DNA from: Candidatus Gottesmanbacteria bacterium
GTDB taxonomy: Bacteria > Patescibacteriota > Microgenomatia > UBA10105 > UBA927
Assembly: GCA_030679255.1 (NCBI GenBank)
Contig: JAUXTO010000013.1
Span: 256,189 to 307,295 of the forward strand
Direction of reading: 5' to 3'
DNA length: 51,107 nt
Below the pieces are notes generated by a model, which saw only the letters and a list, made by a program, of their open reading frames with translations, was not told the DNA's origin and ran no database searches. Position 1 is the first letter of the stretch. Each line of letters starts with the position of its first letter. A program made the position numbers and the translations under genes. Of the stretch, positions 9,500 through 17,633 are shown one piece after another.

Positions 9500-10144
9500 T
9501 CAAAGCGTAGCTTTGGGTATTTTACTTGGCTCTTTCTGAATGATAAGGAGGCCATTCTGGCCTCCTGGTACTAATCCTTTAATCGTAAGCGTGTTGGTCT
9601 CTGTGTTAATTGCCACAACCGACAATCCCCGCTGAGTCACGCGGTCGTTGCCCATCCGGCCGGCCATACGTTTCCCAAGATACACGCGTCCGGGTGTCGT
9701 TGTAGCCCCAATCGAACCCGGCGCCCGTTCTCGGTCAGACTGACCATGGGTACGCGGTCCCCCGGCAAATCCATGGCGCTTGACGACACCGGCAAATCCT
9801 TTACCTTTTGAGGTGCCCGTCACGCGGACGACATCCCCTACGGCAAATACATCACTCACTTTGACTTCCGTCCCCGGTTTATCCGTGTCGCTGAGGGCGG
9901 GAACCGTGAATGAACGTAAAAAACGGAGCTTATTGGTGAGCCCCGCTTTTTTTATGTGTCCCTCTTCCGCCTTGGAAATATTTCGTGTGGTACCGAATCC
10001 GAGTTGAATGCTTTTAAAAGTTGGCTTGTCTTCGACCTCGGTAATCCAACACGGACCGGCCTGAATGTGCGTGACCGGAATACGCTCGCCATCCTTAGCA
10101 AACATCTGCGTCTGATCTTTTTTGAAACCTAATAGTGCATTCAT
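9500..10144 (-). CDS. rplC: 50S ribosomal protein L3
   Basis: MNALLGFKKDQTQMF...KGKGFAGVVKRHGFAGGPRTHGQSDRERAPGSIG. The upstream 24 codons of the ORF-track call lie over a spacer hairpin (aacgacctc-loop-gaggtcgtt) and are probably not coding. Confidence 0.92.
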   Translation of the reverse strand: MNALLGFKKDQTQMFAKDGERIPVTHIQAGPCWITEVEDKPTFKSIQLGFGTTRNISKAEEGHIKKAGLTNKLRFLRSFTVPALSDTDKPGTEVKVSDVFAVGDVVRVTGTSKGKGFAGVVKRHGFAGGPRTHGQSDRERAPGSIGATTTPGRVYLGKRMAGRMGNDRVTQRGLSVVAINTETNTLTIKGLVPGGQNGLLIIQKEPSKIPKATL

Positions 10145-10309
10145 AACAAGAACGACCTCGGTTGAGGTCGTTATCTCATCCAAGACTTTTGATAGATCTA
10201 ACCTGATATGAAACAATTGCTTATCATATCAAAGCTAAAGTATATCAGAGTATCTCCTCGCGTGCAACGCACGCGTGATTAGCACGTGATTTCATGTGCT
10301 CATCTCTTC

Positions 10310-10618
10310 TCACATCTTTATCTCTACATCCACACCTGCCGGTAAATCTAAATGCATGAGCTGGTCTATCGTCTTGTCCGTGGGCTCGATGATATCAATG
10401 AGCCGCTTATGGGTCTTAATCATAAAATCTTCGCGGCTATTCCTATCGATAAACGGGCTACGGGCGATATTATAATGCGCGCGGTCCGTTGGGAGCGGAA
10501 CCGGTCCCACGACGCGGGCACCCGTCCTCACGGCGGTATCCAATATCTTCTGACAACAGTCATCTATGATCCTGCTGTCATACGCTTTTAAACGTACACG
10601 TATTCTTCCTTTAGGCAT
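10310..10618 (-). CDS. rpsJ: 30S ribosomal protein S10
   Basis: [40 protein letters not shown]. Confidence 0.95.
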   Translation of the reverse strand: MPKGRIRVRLKAYDSRIIDDCCQKILDTAVRTGARVVGPVPLPTDRAHYNIARSPFIDRNSREDFMIKTHKRLIDIIEPTDKTIDQLMHLDLPAGVDVEIKM

Positions 10619-10664
10619 TATAACGAGAAACTTGACAAAAGCTCCTTAAGACAGATTAAGAAAC

Positions 10665-11852
10665 TTAAGCAATGATCTTTGTGATGACTCCGGCCCCGAC
10701 GGTGTGGCCGCCTTCGCGGATGGCAAACCGAAGACCTTCTTCGAGAGCGACGGGCACAATGAGCTTGGCCGTCATCTTGGTCGTATCTCCGGGCATAACC
10801 ATTTCTACTCCCGTAGGAAGGGTCACTTCGCCCGTCACATCCGTGGTCCGGATATAAAACTGCGGCCGGTATCCCGTAAAGAATGGTGTGTGCCGTCCAC
10901 CTTCTTCTTTGGCGAGAATATAGATTTCCGCTTCAAACTCGGTATGCGGCTTGACACTTCCCGGTGCGGCCAACACTTGTCCGCGCTCGACCTGATCCTT
11001 CTCAATGCCGCGAAGCAGAACGCCGACGTTGTCGCCGGCTAGTCCCTCATCGAGAAGCTTTCGGAACATTTCTACCCCCGTGACCACAGTGGTCTGGGTA
11101 GGTTTCATTCCGACGATCTCCATGGTGTCATTGACTTTGGCCTTACCCCGCTCGACGCGACCGGTGACGACTGTCCCTCTTCCTTTGATCGAGAAAACAT
11201 CCTCGACCGGCATAAGGAACGGTTTATCCAGTTCTCGCACCGGTTCCGGTACATAGGAATCTACCGTATCCATGAGTTCCTGGATCGCTTTCTCTGCTTC
11301 CGGGTCGCCCTGAAGCGCTTTGAGTGCGCTTCCACGGATGACCGGAATTTTATCGCCCGGGAACTTGTACTTCGTGAGAAGCTCACGCACTTCCATCTCA
11401 ACGAGATCCAAAAGCTCTTTGTCCTGTACCATGTCACATTTGTTCATAAATACGACGATAGCCGGTACGTTGACCTGGGCCGCAAGCAAAATGTGCTCAC
11501 GGGTCTGAGGCATCGGACCGTCGGGGGCTGATACCACGAGTATCGCTCCGTCCATCTGGGCGGCGCCCGTGATCATGTTTTTGATGTAGTCGGCGTGTCC
11601 CGGCGCGTCAATGTGGGCGTAGTGACGTTTGACCGTCTCGTATTCGGAATGATGAATGTTAATCGTCACGCCTCGGGCCCGTTCCTCGGGAGCATTATCA
11701 ATGTCCTCATATTTGAGGGCTTTGGCAAGTCCAAGTTTAGCCAGTACATGCGTGATAGCAGAAGTTAATGTAGTCTTTCCATGATCCACGTGACCAATGG
11801 TACCAATATTCAAATGGGGCTTTTTGCGGTCAAATTTTTGCTGGTCTGCCAT
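10665..11852 (-). CDS. tuf: Elongation factor Tu
   Basis: [21 protein letters not shown] and NKCD GTPase motifs in a 395 aa protein. A perfect AAGGAGG Shine-Dalgarno sequence lies upstream. Confidence 0.98.
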   Translation of the reverse strand: MADQQKFDRKKPHLNIGTIGHVDHGKTTLTSAITHVLAKLGLAKALKYEDIDNAPEERARGVTINIHHSEYETVKRHYAHIDAPGHADYIKNMITGAAQMDGAILVVSAPDGPMPQTREHILLAAQVNVPAIVVFMNKCDMVQDKELLDLVEMEVRELLTKYKFPGDKIPVIRGSALKALQGDPEAEKAIQELMDTVDSYVPEPVRELDKPFLMPVEDVFSIKGRGTVVTGRVERGKAKVNDTMEIVGMKPTQTTVVTGVEMFRKLLDEGLAGDNVGVLLRGIEKDQVERGQVLAAPGSVKPHTEFEAEIYILAKEEGGRHTPFFTGYRPQFYIRTTDVTGEVTLPTGVEMVMPGDTTKMTAKLIVPVALEEGLRFAIREGGHTVGAGVITKIIA

Positions 11853-11866
11853 AGGTCCTCCTTAAT

Positions 11867-11913
11867 AAATACTACCAATATTACCAATACTACCAAAAAA
11901 CAATACTACCAAT
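11867..11913. repeat. Word-repeat element, ACTACCAAT family, copy 1 of 2 (fusA-tuf spacer)
   Basis: aaatactaccaatattaccaatactaccaaaaaacaatactaccaat. The same word array is at 22598-22636. Confidence 0.82.
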
Positions 11914-11954
11914 AAAAAAATTATTTTTTCAGAACCTAATAATTGTATCACAGG

Positions 11955-14057
11955 TCAAACTCTATTAGCAATGATCTTTTCCTGAATATTCCTGGGAACC
12001 TCCTGATAATGCGACGGCTCCATATAATAGGTGGCTCTGCCCTTGCTCATACTCCGCAGAGTTGTCGCGTAGCCGGAAAGTTCTGAAAGCGGGACGAGCG
12101 CTACAATGACCGTCACAAAACCCCGCTTGGTCGACCCCTGAATTTCCGCACGTTTAGACCCCAAATCTCCGATGGCGTCCCCCATATACTCATCCGGGGT
12201 CGTAATCTCGACTTTCATGATGGGCTCGAGAATGGTCGCCCCCGCCTGCTTGACGGCCGCCTGGAGCGCCATGCTTCCGGCAATTTTAAATGCTATCTCG
12301 CTACTATCCACATCATGATAGGTGCCGTCGTAGAGAGCAACAGCCATATCGACCAACGGATACCCGGCTATCACGCCATTTTCCATGGCTTCACGGACAC
12401 CCTTTTCTATGGGGGAAATAAATTCTTTCGGAATCGCACCCCCCTTAATCTCATCAATAAACTCATATCCCTCACCACGATTCTTGGGTTCAATACGGAG
12501 AAAACAATGTCCATACTGCCCGCGGCCACCGGATTGTTTGATATACTTCCCTTCGGCTTCCGCTTCTTTTGTGATTGTTTCTTTATAGGCTACCTGAGGA
12601 GCGCCGACGTTGGCTTCTACGTTAAATTCCCGCTTCATGCGGTCGACGAGAATCTCGAGGTGGAGCTCACCCATACCCCAAATGATGGTCTGATTGGTCT
12701 CGAGATTGCTTTTTATCTTAAACGTCGGATCTTCCTCAGAGAGACGCTGGAGGGCAAAACCCATCTTTTCCTGATCGTTTTTCGTCTTGGGCTCGATTGC
12801 CAGGGAAATAACCGGGTCCGGGAAGGTAATCTTTTCGAGAATAATCGGTTTTTCTTCATCACAGACCGTGTCTCCGGTAATGGTATCTTTAAATCCGACA
12901 ACGGCGACGATTTCCCCAGCATAGGCTTCTTTGATTTCCTCGCGCTGGTTGGCATGCATAAGAAGGAGCCGTCCCACGCGTTCTTTTATGCCTTTAATCG
13001 GATTGTACGTATACGAGCCGGATACAAGCTTGCCGGAATAGATACGGACATAGGTAAGTTTACCCACATGCGGGTCAATTTGAATTTTAAATGCGAGCCC
13101 GGAAAACGCTTCTTCGCTCACCCGCTTGCGCTCGACTTTCTCATTCGTCTTTGGATGGAGTCCGGTGACTGCCGGAAGATCGAGGGGCGACGGAAGGTAA
13201 TCAACGACCGCGTCCAAAAGCGGTTGGACGCCTTTATTCCTAAGGCTCGTCCCGCAATAGATAGGGACAAGTTTGTAGGCGATGACGGCCCGCCGGAGTG
13301 CCGCCTTGAGTTCATCGAACGTAGGCTCTACCCCGGATAAAAACTTTTCAATGAGAATATCATCCGTCTCGCTCACCCGCTCAACCAACGCTTTACGGCT
13401 TGCCTCAACTTCTTCCAAAAGTTCGGCTGGTATGGGGATCTCGTCATAGGTCGCGCCCAAATCGTCGCTATTCCAGACATATGCTTTGCGCGTCAAAAGA
13501 TCAACAAATCCTTTAAATTCATGTTCGCGGCCAATGGGAACAACCATGACGGCAGTCCTGGCCCCAAGACGTTCTTCAATCGATGCAATTGTTGCCCTAA
13601 AGTCCGCACCGATTTTGTCCATCTTATTAATAAAGCAAAGTCGCGGCACGTTGTACTTGTCCGCCTGATGCCAGACAGTCTCGGATTGACTCTGTACCCC
13701 TTCTTCTGCGTCCAACACGGTGATGCCACCGTCGAGGACCCGAAGACTGCGTTCGACCTCTGCGGTAAAATCCACGTGTCCGGGAGTATCGATAATATTG
13801 AAACGATACCCCTTCCAAAACGTCGTCGTTGCTGCTGATACAATCGTGATACCACGCTCCCTCTCCTGGTCCATCCAATCCATGACCGTCGTCCCCTCAT
13901 CGATATCCCCGATTTTATAGCTCCTGCCCGTGTAGTAGAGGATGCGCTCAGTGGTCGTCGTTTTGCCGGCATCAATATGGGCAATGATACCGATATTACG
14001 GACGCGGTCCTGCGGAAGATCGCGGTTTTCTGTTTTATGTACTTGTGGTTGGGCCAT
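11955..14057 (-). CDS. fusA: Elongation factor G
   Basis: [33 protein letters not shown] and NKMD motifs in a 700 aa protein. Confidence 0.98.
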   Translation of the reverse strand: MAQPQVHKTENRDLPQDRVRNIGIIAHIDAGKTTTTERILYYTGRSYKIGDIDEGTTVMDWMDQERERGITIVSAATTTFWKGYRFNIIDTPGHVDFTAEVERSLRVLDGGITVLDAEEGVQSQSETVWHQADKYNVPRLCFINKMDKIGADFRATIASIEERLGARTAVMVVPIGREHEFKGFVDLLTRKAYVWNSDDLGATYDEIPIPAELLEEVEASRKALVERVSETDDILIEKFLSGVEPTFDELKAALRRAVIAYKLVPIYCGTSLRNKGVQPLLDAVVDYLPSPLDLPAVTGLHPKTNEKVERKRVSEEAFSGLAFKIQIDPHVGKLTYVRIYSGKLVSGSYTYNPIKGIKERVGRLLLMHANQREEIKEAYAGEIVAVVGFKDTITGDTVCDEEKPIILEKITFPDPVISLAIEPKTKNDQEKMGFALQRLSEEDPTFKIKSNLETNQTIIWGMGELHLEILVDRMKREFNVEANVGAPQVAYKETITKEAEAEGKYIKQSGGRGQYGHCFLRIEPKNRGEGYEFIDEIKGGAIPKEFISPIEKGVREAMENGVIAGYPLVDMAVALYDGTYHDVDSSEIAFKIAGSMALQAAVKQAGATILEPIMKVEITTPDEYMGDAIGDLGSKRAEIQGSTKRGFVTVIVALVPLSELSGYATTLRSMSKGRATYYMEPSHYQEVPRNIQEKIIANRV

Positions 14058-14061
14058 AATA

Positions 14062-14091
14062 ATAAAAAAACTGCTCCGACCCCGAAGCAGT
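14062..14091 (-). terminator. Intrinsic terminator-like hairpin plus U-run between the PP2C gene and the fusA start
   Basis: Minus strand reads ACUGCUUCG-GGGU-CGGAGCAGU (9-bp stem with one G-U pair, tetraloop) followed by UUUUUUU. It ends about 5 nt before the fusA ATG. Confidence 0.7.
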
Positions 14092-14140
14092 CACCCCTTG
14101 CTTCTTACCTGTCTATTATATAAAGGAAGAGAGACAAAGT

Positions 14141-14860
14141 CTAGAGCCGGACGAGGAGGGATATGTCATCACGCTGGGTGCCGCGGCGGGTGACCTCATT
14201 AAGAATGGTTTCAACAATCTTCTTTGGGGATTCTTTCGTGGGATTTACCGCAAGCGCGTTGATATCTTTCAAAGACAAAACGTCTTTGATGCCGTCGGTA
14301 GCGATAAGAACCGGCTGATCGGATGGAATGGTCATCACGTCAGGCTGATAGCTGAACTCCGGAATTTTTCTATCTCCAAGTCCGATGAAACGTGATACGT
14401 TACTCGGATATTTTGTTGGATCTATCCAATGGTCAATAAGTTCATCAGGCTTGTACCAAGCAGATTCTTTCCACAGATATAATTGAACGTCTCCTATGGA
14501 AACGATCTCGTCTCCATGGCTTTTGTGGATGAGAAAACACGCAACACAGCTTGCGTACCGAGGATGAATCCGTTCAGCGTGAACATTTAATTTCTCAGCT
14601 ATAGTATCTGCTTTCATTTTTAACGTTTTTTCGTGTGCAGTGTCGTAAAAAGAAGGAAATTTTTCAGCAACAGCAAGCGCAATTTCTCTACCCATGACAT
14701 CTCCCGTTGTAAATTTTGGATTATTCCATCCGTCCACAACACAAATAATGTAATCTCCACCATCAAGCGGATGAACCTGTATGACGTCCTGATTGCGTTT
14801 GAATGGGAGGAGGTTGTAGGCGATGTGGTGTTTAGGGATTGTCCTAATAGTATATTTCAT
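14141..14860 (-). CDS. PP2C/SpoIIE-family serine/threonine phosphatase-like protein
   Basis: Contains VVDGWNN...IATDGIKDV...GTQRDDISLLV metal-binding Asp motifs. The start is assigned to MKYTIR; the ORF-track start 16 codons upstream is less likely. Confidence 0.7.
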   Translation of the reverse strand: MKYTIRTIPKHHIAYNLLPFKRNQDVIQVHPLDGGDYIICVVDGWNNPKFTTGDVMGREIALAVAEKFPSFYDTAHEKTLKMKADTIAEKLNVHAERIHPRYASCVACFLIHKSHGDEIVSIGDVQLYLWKESAWYKPDELIDHWIDPTKYPSNVSRFIGLGDRKIPEFSYQPDVMTIPSDQPVLIATDGIKDVLSLKDINALAVNPTKESPKKIVETILNEVTRRGTQRDDISLLVRL

Positions 14861-14904
14861 ACTCCATCTCCATTGACAACAAAACGACGGTCGCGGTAGT
14901 GTTG

Positions 14905-15120
14905 TCAATCCAATACATGTGGGGAAAGCTCGTAGCCGGAAGAGCGCACCACGTCACTGATTTTTCCTTCAGCTATCCTTGAATCATCAAACTCCACGTC
15001 AAGCGTTTGGCGGGCATAACTGCAGGAAGATTTGACACCGATGTCCTCCAGGTCGCTTTCGATGATGAGCGGACAGCTCGTACAATGCATGCCGATTACG
15101 TTGTAAGACTTTTTGATCAT
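14905..15120 (-). CDS. copZ: Heavy-metal-associated (HMA) domain copper chaperone
   Basis: 71 aa with a GMHCTSC metal-binding loop. Its start overlaps the upstream stop by 4 nt (ATGA). Confidence 0.88.
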   Translation of the reverse strand: MIKKSYNVIGMHCTSCPLIIESDLEDIGVKSSCSYARQTLDVEFDDSRIAEGKISDVVRSSGYELSPHVLD

Positions 15121-16154
15121 GGAATAACGTTAAATGATCCCGTATACATACCCATGGAACAGGCAAATGTGAGTGGGCCGGACTTTTGAGGCGTAAAGAC
15201 AATTTCTTCCTGCCCATTGACGGGTAAAATTTTAGAAATTCCCAAACCGGGAATGGTAAACGCGCGGGCGCAGCTTTGTGCGTTGTCCGCGATCAACCGC
15301 AACCGGACAGGAACACCGACCTTGAGAGTCGTTGCGTCTGCCGAATACCCGTTACTTCTCACGTTCATCACCACCTGTTGCATACCATCGCTGGCGACTC
15401 CAGCGACAACCCCTTGCCTGGCCAACGCAAGCTCGTCAACACTCATCGTTGCCGCCCGATACAGAGTACCGATGGTAAAAAACGAGCCGGTCAATCCCAC
15501 CCCGCCGCTTATGGAAACCAAAGCAAACAGCGCCACAATCCCGGATGCAACATACGTAAAAATTTTACGTTTAAGAAGCGTAAGAACTGCGGTGCCGAGC
15601 AAAACAAACACGGGGCTAGTACCCAGAACAAACGCGCCCATGATCCCTGCCCCCAACCATGGACTGCCGGAGGCCACAGCGACTAACATCGTCGCCTGCG
15701 TGATACCACAGGGCATGAATATCGTAAAAAATCCGAGCGCAAGCGGGGCAAACGAAGATTCGTCGCGGCTGATACCCCGCAGTAGCCGGTATGCCCAACG
15801 AGGCGGAGTAATCACCGCGTAGCGGAAGATCGGATGAAGATCGATGATGCGTGCCGCTGTCGCTAACATAAAAAGCCCGGCTACAATCTGCACGAATCCC
15901 ATCACCATGGGAGACAAAACGAGTGTCGAACCGAGCATTCCTAAAAGGAATCCAAGGATGACGTGCGCGACGAGCTTGGCGCCGAGAAACATGCCAATTA
16001 CCCCAAAACTCACTGATTTTTTTTGGGAACCCTCAATAAGCCCGGCTTCCGTCGTTTGGGAGACGGATGAAGCAAGTAACCCGCCTTGCACTGCCAGGCA
16101 CGAGATGCCACCAGTCGTCAGTCCCGTCAAAAATGCCAACCACACTGTATTCAT
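15117..16154 (-). CDS. TauE/SafE-like permease fused to a C-terminal cupredoxin-like domain
   Basis: GGISCLAVQGG and FMPCGITQ motifs sit in a polytopic N-terminal part. The C-terminal part (VVMNVRSNGYSADATTLKVGVPVRLRL...FACSMGMYTGSF) resembles a cupredoxin_1-type domain. The start is assigned to MNTVW. Confidence 0.72.
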   Translation of the reverse strand: MNTVWLAFLTGLTTGGISCLAVQGGLLASSVSQTTEAGLIEGSQKKSVSFGVIGMFLGAKLVAHVILGFLLGMLGSTLVLSPMVMGFVQIVAGLFMLATAARIIDLHPIFRYAVITPPRWAYRLLRGISRDESSFAPLALGFFTIFMPCGITQATMLVAVASGSPWLGAGIMGAFVLGTSPVFVLLGTAVLTLLKRKIFTYVASGIVALFALVSISGGVGLTGSFFTIGTLYRAATMSVDELALARQGVVAGVASDGMQQVVMNVRSNGYSADATTLKVGVPVRLRLIADNAQSCARAFTIPGLGISKILPVNGQEEIVFTPQKSGPLTFACSMGMYTGSFNVIP

Positions 16155-16201
16155 ACGAAATTTCGAGAACCGTGTTGATAGTCTACTGAAAAGATGTATG
16201 C

Positions 16202-16260
16202 TTGACAACCACAAAAAATTTCTTTATTATCATTATATCCCTGTAGGGGGGATAAAAGAA
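16202..16260. promoter_or_regulatory. Overlapping divergent promoters with a CsoR-type operator
   Basis: Plus strand has TTGACA (16202-16207), a 17-nt spacer and TATTAT (16225-16230). Minus strand has TATAAT (complement of 16232-16237). The pseudo-palindrome TATATCCC-TGTA-GGGGGGATA (16234-16254) matches the C-tract/G-tract architecture of known CsoR operators. Confidence 0.7.
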
Positions 16261-16271
16261 AGTAGGGGAGT

Positions 16272-16550
16272 ATGCCGAAGGGAATGCCGAGAGACCAGTC
16301 AATTGAACGAACTATTCTTCACCGGCTAAAAATAGCTCGGGGACACTTGGATAAAGTCATCGGAATGGTAGAAGAAGACCACTACTGTATCGATGTGGTC
16401 CACCAATCCATGGCCGTCCAGGCGGCGCTACGGGAAGCGGATCATTTGATCCTGAAAAATCATATGCAAACGTGTGTGGCTGACTCCATCCGGAAGGGTG
16501 ACGCAAACGACGTCATTGATGAAGTGATGAAGATCATGGAGAAGAAGTAA
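16272..16550 (+). CDS. csoR: CsoR/RcnR-family metal-sensing transcriptional repressor
   Basis: 92 aa. RLKIARGHLDKVIGMVEEDHYCIDVVHQSMAVQAAL...MQTC carries the C-H-C ligand pattern of Cu(I)-sensing CsoR. Confidence 0.88.
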   Translation: MPKGMPRDQSIERTILHRLKIARGHLDKVIGMVEEDHYCIDVVHQSMAVQAALREADHLILKNHMQTCVADSIRKGDANDVIDEVMKIMEKK

Positions 16551-16628
16551 TCATCGAATAACGAATGAAGCCCGAATATGCGAATGAGAATGAATTCGTA
16601 GATTCGTATCAATTCGATATTCGATGAT
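16550..16628. repeat. Word-repeat hairpin element, ACGAAT/ATTCGT family, copy 3 of 3
   Basis: atcatcgaataacgaatgaagcccgaatatgcgaat...gaattcgtagattcgtatcaattcgatattcgat. It is the near-twin of 1141-1219. Confidence 0.85.
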
Positions 16629-16637
16629 AAAAATTAT

Positions 16638-16991
16638 ATGGATAAGATTATTGTGACTATTACCGGACTTCTTTCGATAGCAGGCATCTATTGGTTTTTC
16701 TTTGGAAAAAAGGAGGAAACTGTTATGACGGCCTCAGATACATGGACCATCACCGTGGATGGCGGGTATAAACCCAATGTCATAAAAATTCCGAAAGATA
16801 AACCGGCAACGATTACCTTTCTTCGCAAGGACGAAAACAATTGTCTGGAGGAGGTCGTATTCCCTGATTATAAAATCAAGGAATATCTACCATTAAATAA
16901 AGAGGTCACCATCACCCTCCCCTCTCCCCATAAACCATCAAGCTTCCATTGTGGCATGTCTATGTTCCAAGGAAAAATTGAAACTGTATGA
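16638..16991 (+). CDS. Membrane-anchored cupredoxin-like domain protein
   Basis: An N-terminal TM helix is followed by TITVDGGYKPNVIKIPKDKPATITFLRKDENNCLEEVVFPDY...FHCGMSMFQGKI. It lies upstream of copA, as is common for this family. Confidence 0.72.
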   Translation: MDKIIVTITGLLSIAGIYWFFFGKKEETVMTASDTWTITVDGGYKPNVIKIPKDKPATITFLRKDENNCLEEVVFPDYKIKEYLPLNKEVTITLPSPHKPSSFHCGMSMFQGKIETV

Positions 16992-17632
16992 AACAAAATA
17001 CTGAAGAGCTTATAAAAAGGCACGCGTACTTCAATCGAAAATTTTTTGCCCGCTGGGCTCCATATTACGATCTTGTAGCCTTTGTCCTTAAGCCGCTCAG
17101 GTATGATGCGGCAAGGCGTCTTCAACTTCCCCACGATAGTCGGGTGCTCGATGTGGCTACTGGAACCGGAGAGCAGGCACTCGCGCTGGCTAAGGCGGGC
17201 TACGACGTGACTGGTATAGATCTTTCACCGGATATGCTCAAGCGGGCAACAAAAAAACGTACGTCGAGTATAAAACTAAAATTTGTTCATAGTGACGCAA
17301 CCCAACTTCCCTTTACATCAAATTCTTTCGACGCCACGACGATATCCTTCGCACTTCACGATATGCCTTATGAAATCCGCTTGCTTGTTTTGAAAGAAAT
17401 GATACGCGTCACCAAAAATAACGGCATTATTATGACTATTGATTATTTAGAACCTTCTAAGGGCCTTCTTGGAGCAATTACCTACAGATTTGTACGACGT
17501 TTTGAGACCCCCATGTACGAGGATTTTATTCATAAGGGATTATTGATCCACCTTACTAAAGTCGGACTCGTTCCACAAACCCAAACAACACTTTTTATCG
17601 GTCAAATAAAAATTTGCAAAAATAAAAAATAA
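16988..17632 (+). CDS. Class I SAM-dependent methyltransferase
   Basis: [13 protein letters not shown] (motif I) plus an [13 protein letters not shown] region. The gene is translationally coupled on both sides. Confidence 0.8.
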   Translation: MKQNTEELIKRHAYFNRKFFARWAPYYDLVAFVLKPLRYDAARRLQLPHDSRVLDVATGTGEQALALAKAGYDVTGIDLSPDMLKRATKKRTSSIKLKFVHSDATQLPFTSNSFDATTISFALHDMPYEIRLLVLKEMIRVTKNNGIIMTIDYLEPSKGLLGAITYRFVRRFETPMYEDFIHKGLLIHLTKVGLVPQTQTTLFIGQIKICKNKK

Positions 17633-17633
17633 T

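Noticed and set aside
10632-10637. TTGACA hexamer on the plus strand in the tuf-rpsJ spacer as a promoter
   Set aside because: It is on the wrong strand for the surrounding operon, no matching -10 lies at proper spacing, and there is no downstream plus-strand gene.
12315-13340. 341-aa ORF on the plus strand
   Set aside because: It lies entirely antisense to fusA, whose product is unmistakable. The translation is low-complexity with no recognisable motifs, which is typical of a shadow ORF.
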